From contig CAWATD010000001.1 of assembly GCA_963784935.1 (NCBI GenBank), positions 189,411-253,410 of the forward strand: a stretch of DNA of 64,000 bases, in the 5' to 3' direction. Every line of letters begins with the position of its first letter. The stretch's first letter is position 1. The DNA comes from an uncultured Acidobacteriota bacterium. GTDB taxonomy: Bacteria > Acidobacteriota > Thermoanaerobaculia > UBA5066 > Gp7-AA6. This document shows, piece after piece, positions 45,500 through 54,435 of the stretch. The position numbers and the translations under genes are program-made. Below the pieces are notes generated by a model. The model ran no database searches. It was not told the origin of the DNA and saw only the letters and a program-made list of their open reading frames with translations.

Positions 45500-46465
45500 A
45501 TGAAGCGAAGAGAATTCCTGGCGGCATCGGCGACGGCCGGAATCCTTGCGGCGTTGCCGCGTTCGGTTTTCGGACAGACCCCCGCGGCCGGGAGAACCGC
45601 CGGCGCGGCGAAAGGCGCTGAAAACCCGTCCCCCGCGCTCGCACCCCCCCTGAAAGCACCCGCACGCGGCAGCATCCCCGTCGCCTTTCTCCTTTCGGAG
45701 GGCGCGGTGATGATCGATTTCGCGGGACCCTGGGAGGTCTTCCAGGACGTCTACGTGCCGTCGCGCGGCGCGGACATGGACGACCAGATGCCCTTTCGCC
45801 TCTATACGGTGTCCGAAACCACGAAGCCCATCCGAGCTTCGGGGGGCCTTCAGGTCGTGCCGGACTACACGTTCCAGGATGCGCCGCCACCGAAAGTCAT
45901 CGTGATTCCGGCTCAAAAAGGCAGCCCTGGAGCGCAGGACTGGATTCGCAAGGCGGCGACGAGCGCCGACGTCACGATGTCGGTGTGCACCGGCGCCTTC
46001 CTCCTGGCGGGCGCCGGCCTCCTGTCGGGAAAGGCCGCTACCACCCACCACTCGTCTTACAAGACCTTCGCGATGCAATTTCCGGACATCCAAGTCCGGC
46101 GCGGAGCTCGCTTCGTCGACGAGGGCAGCCTCGCCAGCGCGGGCGGCCTGACATCCGGAATCGACCTGGCCCTTCACATCGTGGAAAGGTATTTCGGCCG
46201 CAAGGTGGCGAGCGACACCGCCTACCAGATGGAGTACCAGGGCCAGGGATGGATGAAAGCCGATTCGAACGCCATTTACGCGAAACGACTCGTCTCCACC
46301 GACGCCCATCCTCTCTGTCCCGTATGCGAGATGGAAGTCGATCCGGCGACGGCTCCGAGGTCCGCGCTCAAGAGCAAGACCTACTATTTCTGCTCCGCTG
46401 ACCACAAACAACAGTTCGACGCGGCGCCGGAGAAGTGGCCGGCCGCTTCTCCGAAGAAAGACTAG
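45500..46465 (+). CDS. Tat-exported DJ-1/PfpI-family protein with C-terminal YHS domain
   Basis: Has a MKRREFLAASATAGILA twin-arginine signal, a MSVCTGAFLLAGAGLL nucleophile elbow, and a CPVCEMEVD...YYFCSADHKQQFDAAPEKW YHS/TRASH-type motif. Confidence 0.8.
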   Translation: MKRREFLAASATAGILAALPRSVFGQTPAAGRTAGAAKGAENPSPALAPPLKAPARGSIPVAFLLSEGAVMIDFAGPWEVFQDVYVPSRGADMDDQMPFRLYTVSETTKPIRASGGLQVVPDYTFQDAPPPKVIVIPAQKGSPGAQDWIRKAATSADVTMSVCTGAFLLAGAGLLSGKAATTHHSSYKTFAMQFPDIQVRRGARFVDEGSLASAGGLTSGIDLALHIVERYFGRKVASDTAYQMEYQGQGWMKADSNAIYAKRLVSTDAHPLCPVCEMEVDPATAPRSALKSKTYYFCSADHKQQFDAAPEKWPAASPKKD

Positions 46466-46715
46466 CGGCCTGTTCGGAAGCGGACAGTCAGTTCGCGAAA
46501 CCGCTCATATGCAGGAGCGCCGCGCCGGCAATCACATTTCCTATCGAGTAATTGGGGTCGCCGATCTCTGGCACGGATCTCGCCTCTCTGCGTGAAGGCA
46601 AATGAATATCGCTCGAGAGGGCGTGGCTGAGAGGAAGTGGCGCCGCCGTTTGATCCTGGCGGCGGAAGCGGTGGTTTCCGCGATGCCCCGATCGCGGTCA
46701 AGGCCACCGCCTCGA

Positions 46716-46964
46716 TCAGCGAGCCGCGATCGGCCGCCCGCGCCAGGGTGGGCTTCCCCACTCCGCAGCTTCGAGACGTTCCCATCTGCCATCGTGGTAC
46801 TGCGAGACTTCGACGATCGAGCCGAGGGCGGGTCGCACGGCCTCGCACCGCGGGCACCGGACCTTGTACTTGCTGATGCTCCGGCTTGAGACAGGGCTCC
46901 ACCGGACGCGGAGGGCGGTGCCGCAGACGCATTTCACGTCGGTGAGACGAATCCCTTGTTTCAA
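46716..46964 (-). CDS. small zinc-ribbon-like protein (tentative)
   Basis: 82 aa. TTG start 4 nt behind GGAGG. Has KCVCG ... RCPRCE. Confidence 0.35.
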   Translation of the reverse strand: MKQGIRLTDVKCVCGTALRVRWSPVSSRSISKYKVRCPRCEAVRPALGSIVEVSQYHDGRWERLEAAEWGSPPWRGRPIAAR

Positions 46965-47236
46965 GAGCCTCCATTATACCTGTCCCTCGGTACAGGTAGG
47001 AAGGGGCCTGCCGGCTCAATCGGGTAAGGCATTTGGCGGCCCAGGGGGAGGCGATGGGCTGGCCGCCCCCGCGCGGATTCTCGAGAGCGCATCCCGGAAA
47101 CGGCGCGCGTGGAGGCTCCTGCTCAGTGAGGAGGCCTCGTTGACGGGTGGGCGGCCGGTCCTCACGCACCCGATCGGGTCGCCGGCATCCACACTTGCCC
47201 GGATTTCCGAAGGAATTCGAGGCTTTCACCCGCCTT

Positions 47237-47263
47237 CAAGTCCCTGCACCGCCGCCGACTTGA
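47237..47263 (+). repeat. repeat copy H: degenerate tRNA(CAT) 3'-end-like segment
   Basis: TTCAAGTCCCTGCACCGCCGCCGACTT compared with TTCAAATCCCTGCACCGCCACCAAACTT gives 3 mismatches and 1 gap by hand. No upstream tRNA body. Confidence 0.4.
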
Positions 47264-47275
47264 TCTGCCCGGGAG

Positions 47276-49379
47276 TCAGCGCAGCATCATCCACAGGTAC
47301 GCATACTGCAGCGCCGTGACCTGCGCCGTCTGCTTGTTCACCGCGCCGCTGCCGTGCCCGCCCTCGGTGTTTTCGAAGTAATAGACCGCGTGACCCTGCT
47401 CCTCCAGCTTCGCGACCATCTTGCGGGCGTGGGCCGGGTGCACGCGGTCGTCGCGGGTGTTCGTCCAGAAGAACGGCGTCGGGTACTTCGCGTCGGGCCT
47501 GAGGAGATGGTACGGCGACCATGTCTGGATGTATGCCCAGTCTTCGGGCTTGTCCGGATCGCCGTACTCCGCCATCCAGCTCGCGCCGGCCAGGAGATGG
47601 CTGAACCGCCGCATGTCGGCCAGCGGCACCTGCGCGACGACGGCATGGAAGAGGTCCGGGTACAGCGCGAGCGTTCCGGAGACGAGGAGACCGCCCTGGG
47701 AGCCGCCCATGATCCCGAGGTGTCGAGGCGACGTGATCTTTCGCGCCGCGAGGTCTTGCGCGACCGCCGAGAAGTCCTCGAAATTGTGGATGTGCTTGTC
47801 CTTCACCGCACCCTTGTGCCAGGCGGGACCGAACTCCCCGCCGCCGCGAATGTTCGCGAGGACGTACACGCCCCCGCGCGAGAGCCACGCGGAGCCAATG
47901 ACTCCGCTGTAGCTGGGGACCTCGGAGACCTCGAAACCGCCGTAGGCGTAGAGAAGCGTCGGGGCCGTCCCGTCCGACTTCACCCCCTTCGGCCGGACGA
48001 CGAAGTAAGGAATCTTCGTGCCGTCCTTCGAGGTCGCCTCGAGCTGCTCGGTCGTCATACCGGTCGCGTCGAAGAACGCGGGCATCGTCTTTACCTTGTC
48101 CGAATTGCCGCCGTTCTGGGAGAGCCACAGGGACTGAGGGGTCGTGAAGTCCTCGTACGTGAAGAAGTAGCTCTCCGACCAGTCGTTCATGGCCGACAGC
48201 TCCGCCGTGCCGAGCCCGGGCGCCGGGATCTCGGTCCGCCTCCAGGCGCCGTCGTCGAGCGAGGCCGCCGCCAGGCGGCTCCTCACGTTGTCGAGCGTCT
48301 GGAGCAGCACGCGCTCGCGCGTGCGCTCGACGGCGCCCAGCGAGACGCGCGCGCTCGGCTCAAAGAGCACATCCAGCCGGCGCTCTCCGCGCCCCAGCTC
48401 TTCGAGCGGCGCGGCCAGAAGAGAGCCTTCGCGGTAGGTCTTTCCGTCCACGGTCCAGTCGCTCCGCAAGGAGAAGAGGAGCCGGCCGTGGAACACGATG
48501 CGCGCTTCGCTGTCCTCCGGAATATCCAGCTTGACCAGGCGCTCGCCGACGTAGAGAAACGTCTCCTGCCGGAAGAACGCCGGAACGCGCGTGACGAGGT
48601 CGAAGCGGCCGTCGCTCAGGATCTCGGTTCCTCCGGACGCAGCCACGTCCTCGGGTTGGCACTCGTAGATCGTCCTTGCCTCCGAGAGCGGCGCGCCTCG
48701 CTTCCAGAGCTTCACGATTCGGGGATACCCGGAGGTCGTCATCGATCCCGGCCCGAAGTCCGTGCCGACCCAGAGCGTGTTTTCGTCGCGCCAGGCCACC
48801 CTCGACTTGGCTTCCGGGAGGGAGTAGCCGCCGGGCACGAAGCCCTTCGTCCTCGTGTCGAACTCGCGGTACACGTGGGTGTCCGAGCCGCCGGGCGAGA
48901 GGTTGATCATGCATCGCTCGTACGCGGGCGGGAGACAGGTCGCCCCGTGGAACACCCAGGGCTTGCCGTCCGCCTTGGCGAGCGCGTCGACGTCGAGCAC
49001 CGTCTCCCACTGCGGGGCGGCCGCGCGGTAGGACGCCAGCGTCGTGCGCCGCCAGATCCCGCGCTCGTGCGCATCGTCCTTCCAGAAGTTGTAGACGGTC
49101 TCGCCGAGGAGCTCGGGCGTCGGGATCTTCTCCTTCGAGTCCAGGATCTCGAGCGTCCGCGCGTAGATGGGTTTGTACTCCGGCCGGGCTCTCCAGGACC
49201 GCGAGCGTCTTCGCGTTGCGCTCCCGGGCCCAGGCGAGAGCCTTCTCCCCCTGCACGTCCTCGAGCCACTGGAAGGGATCCTCGTCGGGAAGAGCCGCGG
49301 CCGCGCCCAGGCCAGCCAGTCCCGCAAGTGCGAGCGCAGCCGCCGTCAGCCGATTCGAGTTCGCAAGGGACGTCCTCAT
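47276..49379 (-). CDS. prolyl oligopeptidase (peptidase S9A); frame broken near 49187
   Basis: The signal peptide and start (MRTSLANSNRLTAAALALAGLAG...DPFQWLEDVQGEKALAWARERNAKTLAVLES) are in the frame of ORF 48360..49379. The rest (RPEYKPIYARTLEILDS ... IRGGGEFG ... GGSQGGLL ... HG) is in ORF 47276..49327. GAGAGCCCGGCCGGAG carries one base too many. Confidence 0.8.
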
Positions 49380-49425
49380 TCCTTCATCTCCGAAAGGTGA
49401 GGATCATAACGTTCCCGCCTGTGAC

Positions 49426-50070
49426 TCAAGGCACCTTGATGTTCGCCTGCGCGCGCCCCGTGATTCCCGATGTGACCGACTCCTCGGATGCGCCCTTCGG
49501 GAGGACCTCTCCGTAAATGATCATGAGTTCCCGGCGCTTGGTGGCGTCTGGAAGATGGAAGAGACGAAGAGTGACGAAGGCGCCATCGAGCTTGAAGCCC
49601 TTGGCGCGGAGGAAGTCCGCGGCGGCTTTGGAGTCGGAGCCGGGACGATCATCCATGGTGAAGTAATCTGGGCTCACCCTGACATCGCCCATGAATGCGA
49701 GACGTCCGATTGCCAACGGCTTCTGCTCCATTCCCGAATAGTCGTAGCTCTCTTTGTTGTTCGGATAATAGTGCTCGAACTGGATCCAATAGAAGCGGCG
49801 GATCGACTGATCGGCCGCGGCGTCGATGAAGAAATATTGCTCTGCTGCGGCAACCTTCAGGATGTCAATGGACTGGCCGCCGGCGTAATGAAATGACTTG
49901 TCGAGCACGAACGAAGCGGCGGGGTCGGCCGTCGAGATCAGGGTGCCACCGTTGACTTCGCGCAGCGGTGCGGGCTTGCGAAACAAGCGTGGATGACAGC
50001 AGCATGGCCAGAATTGCCATAGGGCGAAGACACATGAGTACCTCCTGGAGACAATACGCCCGGGAATCAC
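49426..50070 (-). CDS. hypothetical protein (possibly secreted)
   Basis: 214-aa ORF of no recognised family. A signal-peptide-like MCLRPMAILAMLLSSTLVSQA lies in another frame just upstream (ORF 49865..50266), suggesting a possible frame break near 49970. Confidence 0.45.
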   Translation of the reverse strand: MIPGRIVSRRYSCVFALWQFWPCCCHPRLFRKPAPLREVNGGTLISTADPAASFVLDKSFHYAGGQSIDILKVAAAEQYFFIDAAADQSIRRFYWIQFEHYYPNNKESYDYSGMEQKPLAIGRLAFMGDVRVSPDYFTMDDRPGSDSKAAADFLRAKGFKLDGAFVTLRLFHLPDATKRRELMIIYGEVLPKGASEESVTSGITGRAQANIKVP

Positions 50071-50288
50071 TCGGGTTTCGCGCCAGGACTTGACGCTGCA
50101 TCGAGTCGCGACCCGGGCGCTCCCGCCCCACCGCAGCCACTCGGTCGGAGAGGCGGGCCTTCGGCCCTACCCCTTGCGTCAGCCGCGCGAGAAACGTGCA
50201 CTTCTCGCAATACGGTCTCGTCACACACTCGCAAACGGCCGCGACGCGAACCCCCTGCCGGACCAAGGAATGAACGCTTCGCGTGGCG

Positions 50289-51023
50289 TCAGAGCCCGAG
50301 TGCCTTGGCCAGGAAGACCGCCATTTGGGCTCGCGTCACAGGGCTATCGGGGCAGTAGCGCAGCGGATTCGCCTGGCACCCGGCCGTGATCCCGGCGGCA
50401 AACAGTGCCTCAATCGCCTGGAAGAAGACATATGTCGTCGGGACGTCGGTGAAGGACGCGATGGCGGGCGCGGGGCTCACCGTACGACGCCACCGAGCCT
50501 CCACAAATCCGAAGTATTGGTTGTTGGGACTGGCGGCAATTGCAACGTCCAGGATCAGGGGTTGGGAATCGGTCTCAATCCCGGCAGGTGTTGAATTCTC
50601 GTCCGTCGCCCAGGAGGCGTGAGGCGAGTTTGAGACAGACCCAAGAAACGGGGTCGCGCCAAGTATCGTGCGCCTCCACAGGGTGACGCTGATCACCCCC
50701 GGAGTCCCGTCGTTGAAATTGTTGAGGCCGAGGTAGTCGATGATGACGCCCGAGGGAACTTCGAGCATCGCATAAAAGTGCTGAATGACATTGATCCTGC
50801 CGGTTCGACTCAGCGGGGCGACGGGGATGTACGACTCGCCACTGAAAGACAGCGCCGAGATCGTTGTGATCGTATACTTCAAGGTCCCGAACTGGCTGGG
50901 CGCTTGAGTCGTCGTCGGGAGCGGGCTGGGCTCGCTCGGGAGCTGAGCCGTACCGACCCCCGCACACAGAATCGCGACCGACGCCAGGCCCAGAACCCGG
51001 GGGCCCCTTCTCTCGCTCTGCAT
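50289..51023 (-). CDS. secreted protein with C-terminal SLH-like domain
   Basis: Start taken at MQSERRGPRVLGLASVAILCAGVGTAQ. The C-terminus FTDVPTTYVFFQAIEALFAAGITAGC...YCPDSPVTRAQMAVFLAKAL resembles S-layer-homology modules. Confidence 0.6.
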   Translation of the reverse strand: MQSERRGPRVLGLASVAILCAGVGTAQLPSEPSPLPTTTQAPSQFGTLKYTITTISALSFSGESYIPVAPLSRTGRINVIQHFYAMLEVPSGVIIDYLGLNNFNDGTPGVISVTLWRRTILGATPFLGSVSNSPHASWATDENSTPAGIETDSQPLILDVAIAASPNNQYFGFVEARWRRTVSPAPAIASFTDVPTTYVFFQAIEALFAAGITAGCQANPLRYCPDSPVTRAQMAVFLAKALGL

Positions 51024-51146
51024 GGATACCTCCCTCCAGTTGAAGCAAGCATACGGCCGCGCCGCCATCGGTGGGAAGCGGACGTGGCGGACTCTCACGG
51101 TTCGAGCCAATTTACCGGCGGGCCAATGGCACGACGCTCGAAGCCG

Positions 51147-53600
51147 CTACTCGTACCGCAACGCAACCATTGGGTCGACTTTCGTGGCCCGCCGCGCCGG
51201 AACGTAACAGGCCAGCAGTGCCGCCCCAACGAGGAGCAGTGTCACCCCGCCGAAAGTCAGTGGATCGGTGGCCGTCACGCCAAAGAGCAACGACTCCACG
51301 GTGCGCGTCAGGGCCAAAGACCCGCCAATGCCAATCGCCACCCCGATGAAGATCGTGCGCAATCCCTGGCCCAGGATCAACTTCAAAACGTCGCCGGAGC
51401 CCGCACCGAGCGCGACACGCACGCCGATTTCGCGCGTGCGGCGGCTGACCGAATAGGCCATCACGCCAAACACCCCCGCCGTTGCGAGCAGCAGCGCGGT
51501 GATTCCGAAGAACCCGATGAGAATGACGTTGAATCGCCGCGAGCCCAGCGAAGCGGACAACACTTCCGGAAACGTCCGGAACCTCGCCGGAATCTCCGGG
51601 TCGAGGTCCTGGAGGATTCCTCGCGCCGCCGATGTGACCAACCGCGTGTCGGCATCGCTCAGCATCGTCAGGGTGATCGCCGCGCGCGGCCGCTGGAACA
51701 AATTCACGTAAAGGGTTGGTCGCGGTGGCACGTCGAGGCCATATTCGTGGGTGTCGCCCACGACTCCGACGATCGTCAGCAATCGCAAGTCGCCATCCAT
51801 GTTTCCAAACTCGATGGTGTGGCCGATCGGGTCCCGACCCGGCCAGCGGTCGCGCGCAAGCGATTCGCTGATCACGGCAACGTGCGGAGAATTCGGGCCG
51901 TCGCGCTCGTCGAAGATTCGCCCTCGAATCAGCGGAATTCCGAGAACCTGGAAGTATCCGTCCGTGGCAACGCAGAAATCCGCATTGCCAATACGTTCCT
52001 TTTGCTGGAACAGCGCACCCAGACCATCCATCGTCCTGGGGACCTCGTTCGGGGTCATGAGGAGAAACATTCCGTCGGGAAGGCCTCCCTCCGCCAGCGG
52101 CAGGCCGCTCGTCGCTCCAACCTTGCGCACGCCCGGGATTTGTTTGAGCCGATCAATCAGATTCGAAAAGAAGATCGCCTGGCCCGCCTTTGCTCTCGGA
52201 TCGTCCACCCACGGGAGCGAGACGTCCATCGTGACGATGTGGTCCACGCGGAAACCGGGGTTCACTTCGAGCACCTTCATCAGGCTGCGCCCGAGCAATC
52301 CCGCTCCGACCACGAGAACCAATGTGATCGCGATCTGCGCCGCCACGATGACACGGCCGACGCGCTGGCTGCCTTGCGACCCCGCTTGTCCGCGCCCGCC
52401 TTCCACGAGGCCCTTGCGCAGGTCCCCGGACGTCGCGCGCACGGCGGTGATCGCTCCCAGGCCTGCGGCGACCGCGGTGGAAAGGAGGAACGCGAACACG
52501 AGCACCGGAATGCTGATGGAGACGCTGTCCAGGCGCGGCAGATTATCCGGTGCCAGCGCAACCAATCCCGCCACGCCCCCGAGCGCTCCCAGGACGCCAA
52601 GGCCGCCGCCGGCCAGAGAGAGCAGGAATGCTTCGGTGAGGAACTGACGGATCAGCCGCCCGCGCGCAGCGCCGAGGGCGCTGCGAATGGCGAGCTCCCG
52701 CTCCCTCACCGACGCTTGTGCCAGGAGCAAATTCGCCACGTTCGCGCATGCCACCAGCAGCAAGAATCCCACCGCGCCGAGTAGAATCAGCAGTGCCGCG
52801 CGAGCCCTGCCCGTGATCGCGTCCTGCAGCGGGACGACCATTCCATCCTTGAGGAGATAGTCGCCCTGCTCGCTCGATCCGTCGTGAATTCGACGCGCAA
52901 TCGCGCTGATGTCTCGATTCGCTTGCTCGACCGTCACACCGCCGCGGAGGCGCCCGACGGCGCTGTAGTTATGCGACGTCCGGCTCGGGTTTTCACCATC
53001 CAGGTCGGCCGGGAGCCACAGATCCGCGTCTGCGGGAAAGCGAAATCCGGCGGGGAGCACGCCGACCACGGAGAAGACCGTGCCATCGATTTTCAGGTGC
53101 GCCCGCGAGAGATCCTGCGGTGATCCGAGTTGCTGCTTCCAGTAACCATGGCTGACGACAGCGGTGGGAGCGGCCCCTTTTTTCGCGTCGCCGGCGGCGA
53201 AAGCCCTTCCGAGAATCGGATGGATGCCGAAGACTTCGAGGAAGCGGGGCGAGACGTGCGCCGCCAACGTGCGCGTCGGCTGCGAAGCCCCCGAAACGGA
53301 CACGAAGTCGTCGCTGTACTTCGCAATCATCTGGAAGCTGCGGTTTTGATCGCGAAAGTCGTCGAAATTCGGATCCGCAAGGCGCGACGGCCTGCCCTTC
53401 GAGGTGACTTCGAAGATGGCCATGATCCGGTTCGAATCGGGGTACGGCAGAGGCCGCAGCAACACCCCGTAGACAACGCTGAAAATTGCGGTGGTCGCAC
53501 CGATGGCCAGTGCGAGCGTGAGGACCATGATCGCGGGGACGCCGGGGCTTCTGCCGAGCATTCGCGCGGCGTGCCGGAGATCCTGCCAGAAAGCGACCAT
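51147..53600 (-). CDS. ADOP-family duplicated permease (MacB/FtsX-like, no adjacent ATPase)
   Basis: 817 aa. MVAFWQDLRHAARMLGRSPG is the typical N-terminus. It has the same architecture as 12495..14924. Confidence 0.85.
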   Translation of the reverse strand: MVAFWQDLRHAARMLGRSPGVPAIMVLTLALAIGATTAIFSVVYGVLLRPLPYPDSNRIMAIFEVTSKGRPSRLADPNFDDFRDQNRSFQMIAKYSDDFVSVSGASQPTRTLAAHVSPRFLEVFGIHPILGRAFAAGDAKKGAAPTAVVSHGYWKQQLGSPQDLSRAHLKIDGTVFSVVGVLPAGFRFPADADLWLPADLDGENPSRTSHNYSAVGRLRGGVTVEQANRDISAIARRIHDGSSEQGDYLLKDGMVVPLQDAITGRARAALLILLGAVGFLLLVACANVANLLLAQASVRERELAIRSALGAARGRLIRQFLTEAFLLSLAGGGLGVLGALGGVAGLVALAPDNLPRLDSVSISIPVLVFAFLLSTAVAAGLGAITAVRATSGDLRKGLVEGGRGQAGSQGSQRVGRVIVAAQIAITLVLVVGAGLLGRSLMKVLEVNPGFRVDHIVTMDVSLPWVDDPRAKAGQAIFFSNLIDRLKQIPGVRKVGATSGLPLAEGGLPDGMFLLMTPNEVPRTMDGLGALFQQKERIGNADFCVATDGYFQVLGIPLIRGRIFDERDGPNSPHVAVISESLARDRWPGRDPIGHTIEFGNMDGDLRLLTIVGVVGDTHEYGLDVPPRPTLYVNLFQRPRAAITLTMLSDADTRLVTSAARGILQDLDPEIPARFRTFPEVLSASLGSRRFNVILIGFFGITALLLATAGVFGVMAYSVSRRTREIGVRVALGAGSGDVLKLILGQGLRTIFIGVAIGIGGSLALTRTVESLLFGVTATDPLTFGGVTLLLVGAALLACYVPARRATKVDPMVALRYE

Positions 53601-53874
53601 GCTCCTTCGAGTGAATACGGGAGAGGCGACCGAAGGTTACTCGAATTACCGCGAGGACGGTCAGGCCGGACATTCACACCGCCTTTCACACGTGCCCGGA
53701 CCGCCGAAGGACTGCACGGCATACCCTGCACCGTCAGCATGCTCACTCCTCCCGTGGCCGCCCCTGGCGCGCTGCTTCATCCGGCTGTAAGTTCGCTGTG
53801 AACCACGACTCTTCTCACGCCGCGGGGCGTCGAGAGGGTGTAGATTTCCAATCCTTCGTGAAAGGAGCCGACCG

Positions 53875-54342
53875 ATGGCAGGCAAAGTGAAACCCATTCC
53901 CGAGGGCTACCACAGCGTGACGCCGTACCTGATCGTGGACGGCGCCGCCGCAGCGATCGAGTTCTACAACAAGGCGTTCGGCGCGATCGAGGTGGTGCGG
54001 ATGCCGGCTCCCGGAGGCCGGATCGGCCACGCGGAGATCAAGATCGGCGACTCGTACATCATGCTCGCCGACGAGAATCCCGAAATGAATGCCCGCTCGC
54101 CCAGGGCGGTGGGCGGCACGCCGTTGTCGCTTCTGCTCTACGTCGAGGACGTCGACAGGACGGTCGAACGCGCCGTCGCCGCCGGAGCGAAACTGGAGCG
54201 GCCCGTCGAGGACAAGTTCTATGGCGACCGGATGGGCGGAATCGAGGACCCGTTCGGGCACCAGTGGTACGTCGGGACGCACATTGAAGATGTCTCGCCG
54301 GAAGAGATGAAGAAGCGCATGGCCGCAATGGGCCACGCCTAG
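53875..54342 (+). CDS. VOC-family (glyoxalase/PhnB-like) protein
   Basis: 155 aa. Has GYHSVTPYLIVDGAAAAIEFYNKAFGA ... DKFYGDRMGGIEDPFGHQWYV. Confidence 0.85.
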   Translation: MAGKVKPIPEGYHSVTPYLIVDGAAAAIEFYNKAFGAIEVVRMPAPGGRIGHAEIKIGDSYIMLADENPEMNARSPRAVGGTPLSLLLYVEDVDRTVERAVAAGAKLERPVEDKFYGDRMGGIEDPFGHQWYVGTHIEDVSPEEMKKRMAAMGHA

Positions 54343-54435
54343 GAGACCTGGGACCGCCGCCGCGAACGAGTCGGCGGAACCTTTGGAAGCCCGCGAAATT
54401 GTCCGCGCCAGGGCTTCGTCGTCTTCGTGCGGTGT

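Noticed and set aside
28776-47236. Search for an integrase, recombinase, transposase or phage genes that would explain the tRNA-linked repeats.
   Set aside because: None of the ORFs in any frame showed tyrosine- or serine-recombinase or DDE motifs by eye. An HMM search could still find a fragment I missed.
46990-47263. Possible tmRNA or full tRNA ending in the TTCAAGTCCCTGCACCGCC motif.
   Set aside because: There is no complementary 5' acceptor strand, no D-arm or anticodon arm, and no tag-peptide-like reading frame. Only the 3'-end-like 27 nt are similar to the tRNA(CAT) gene.
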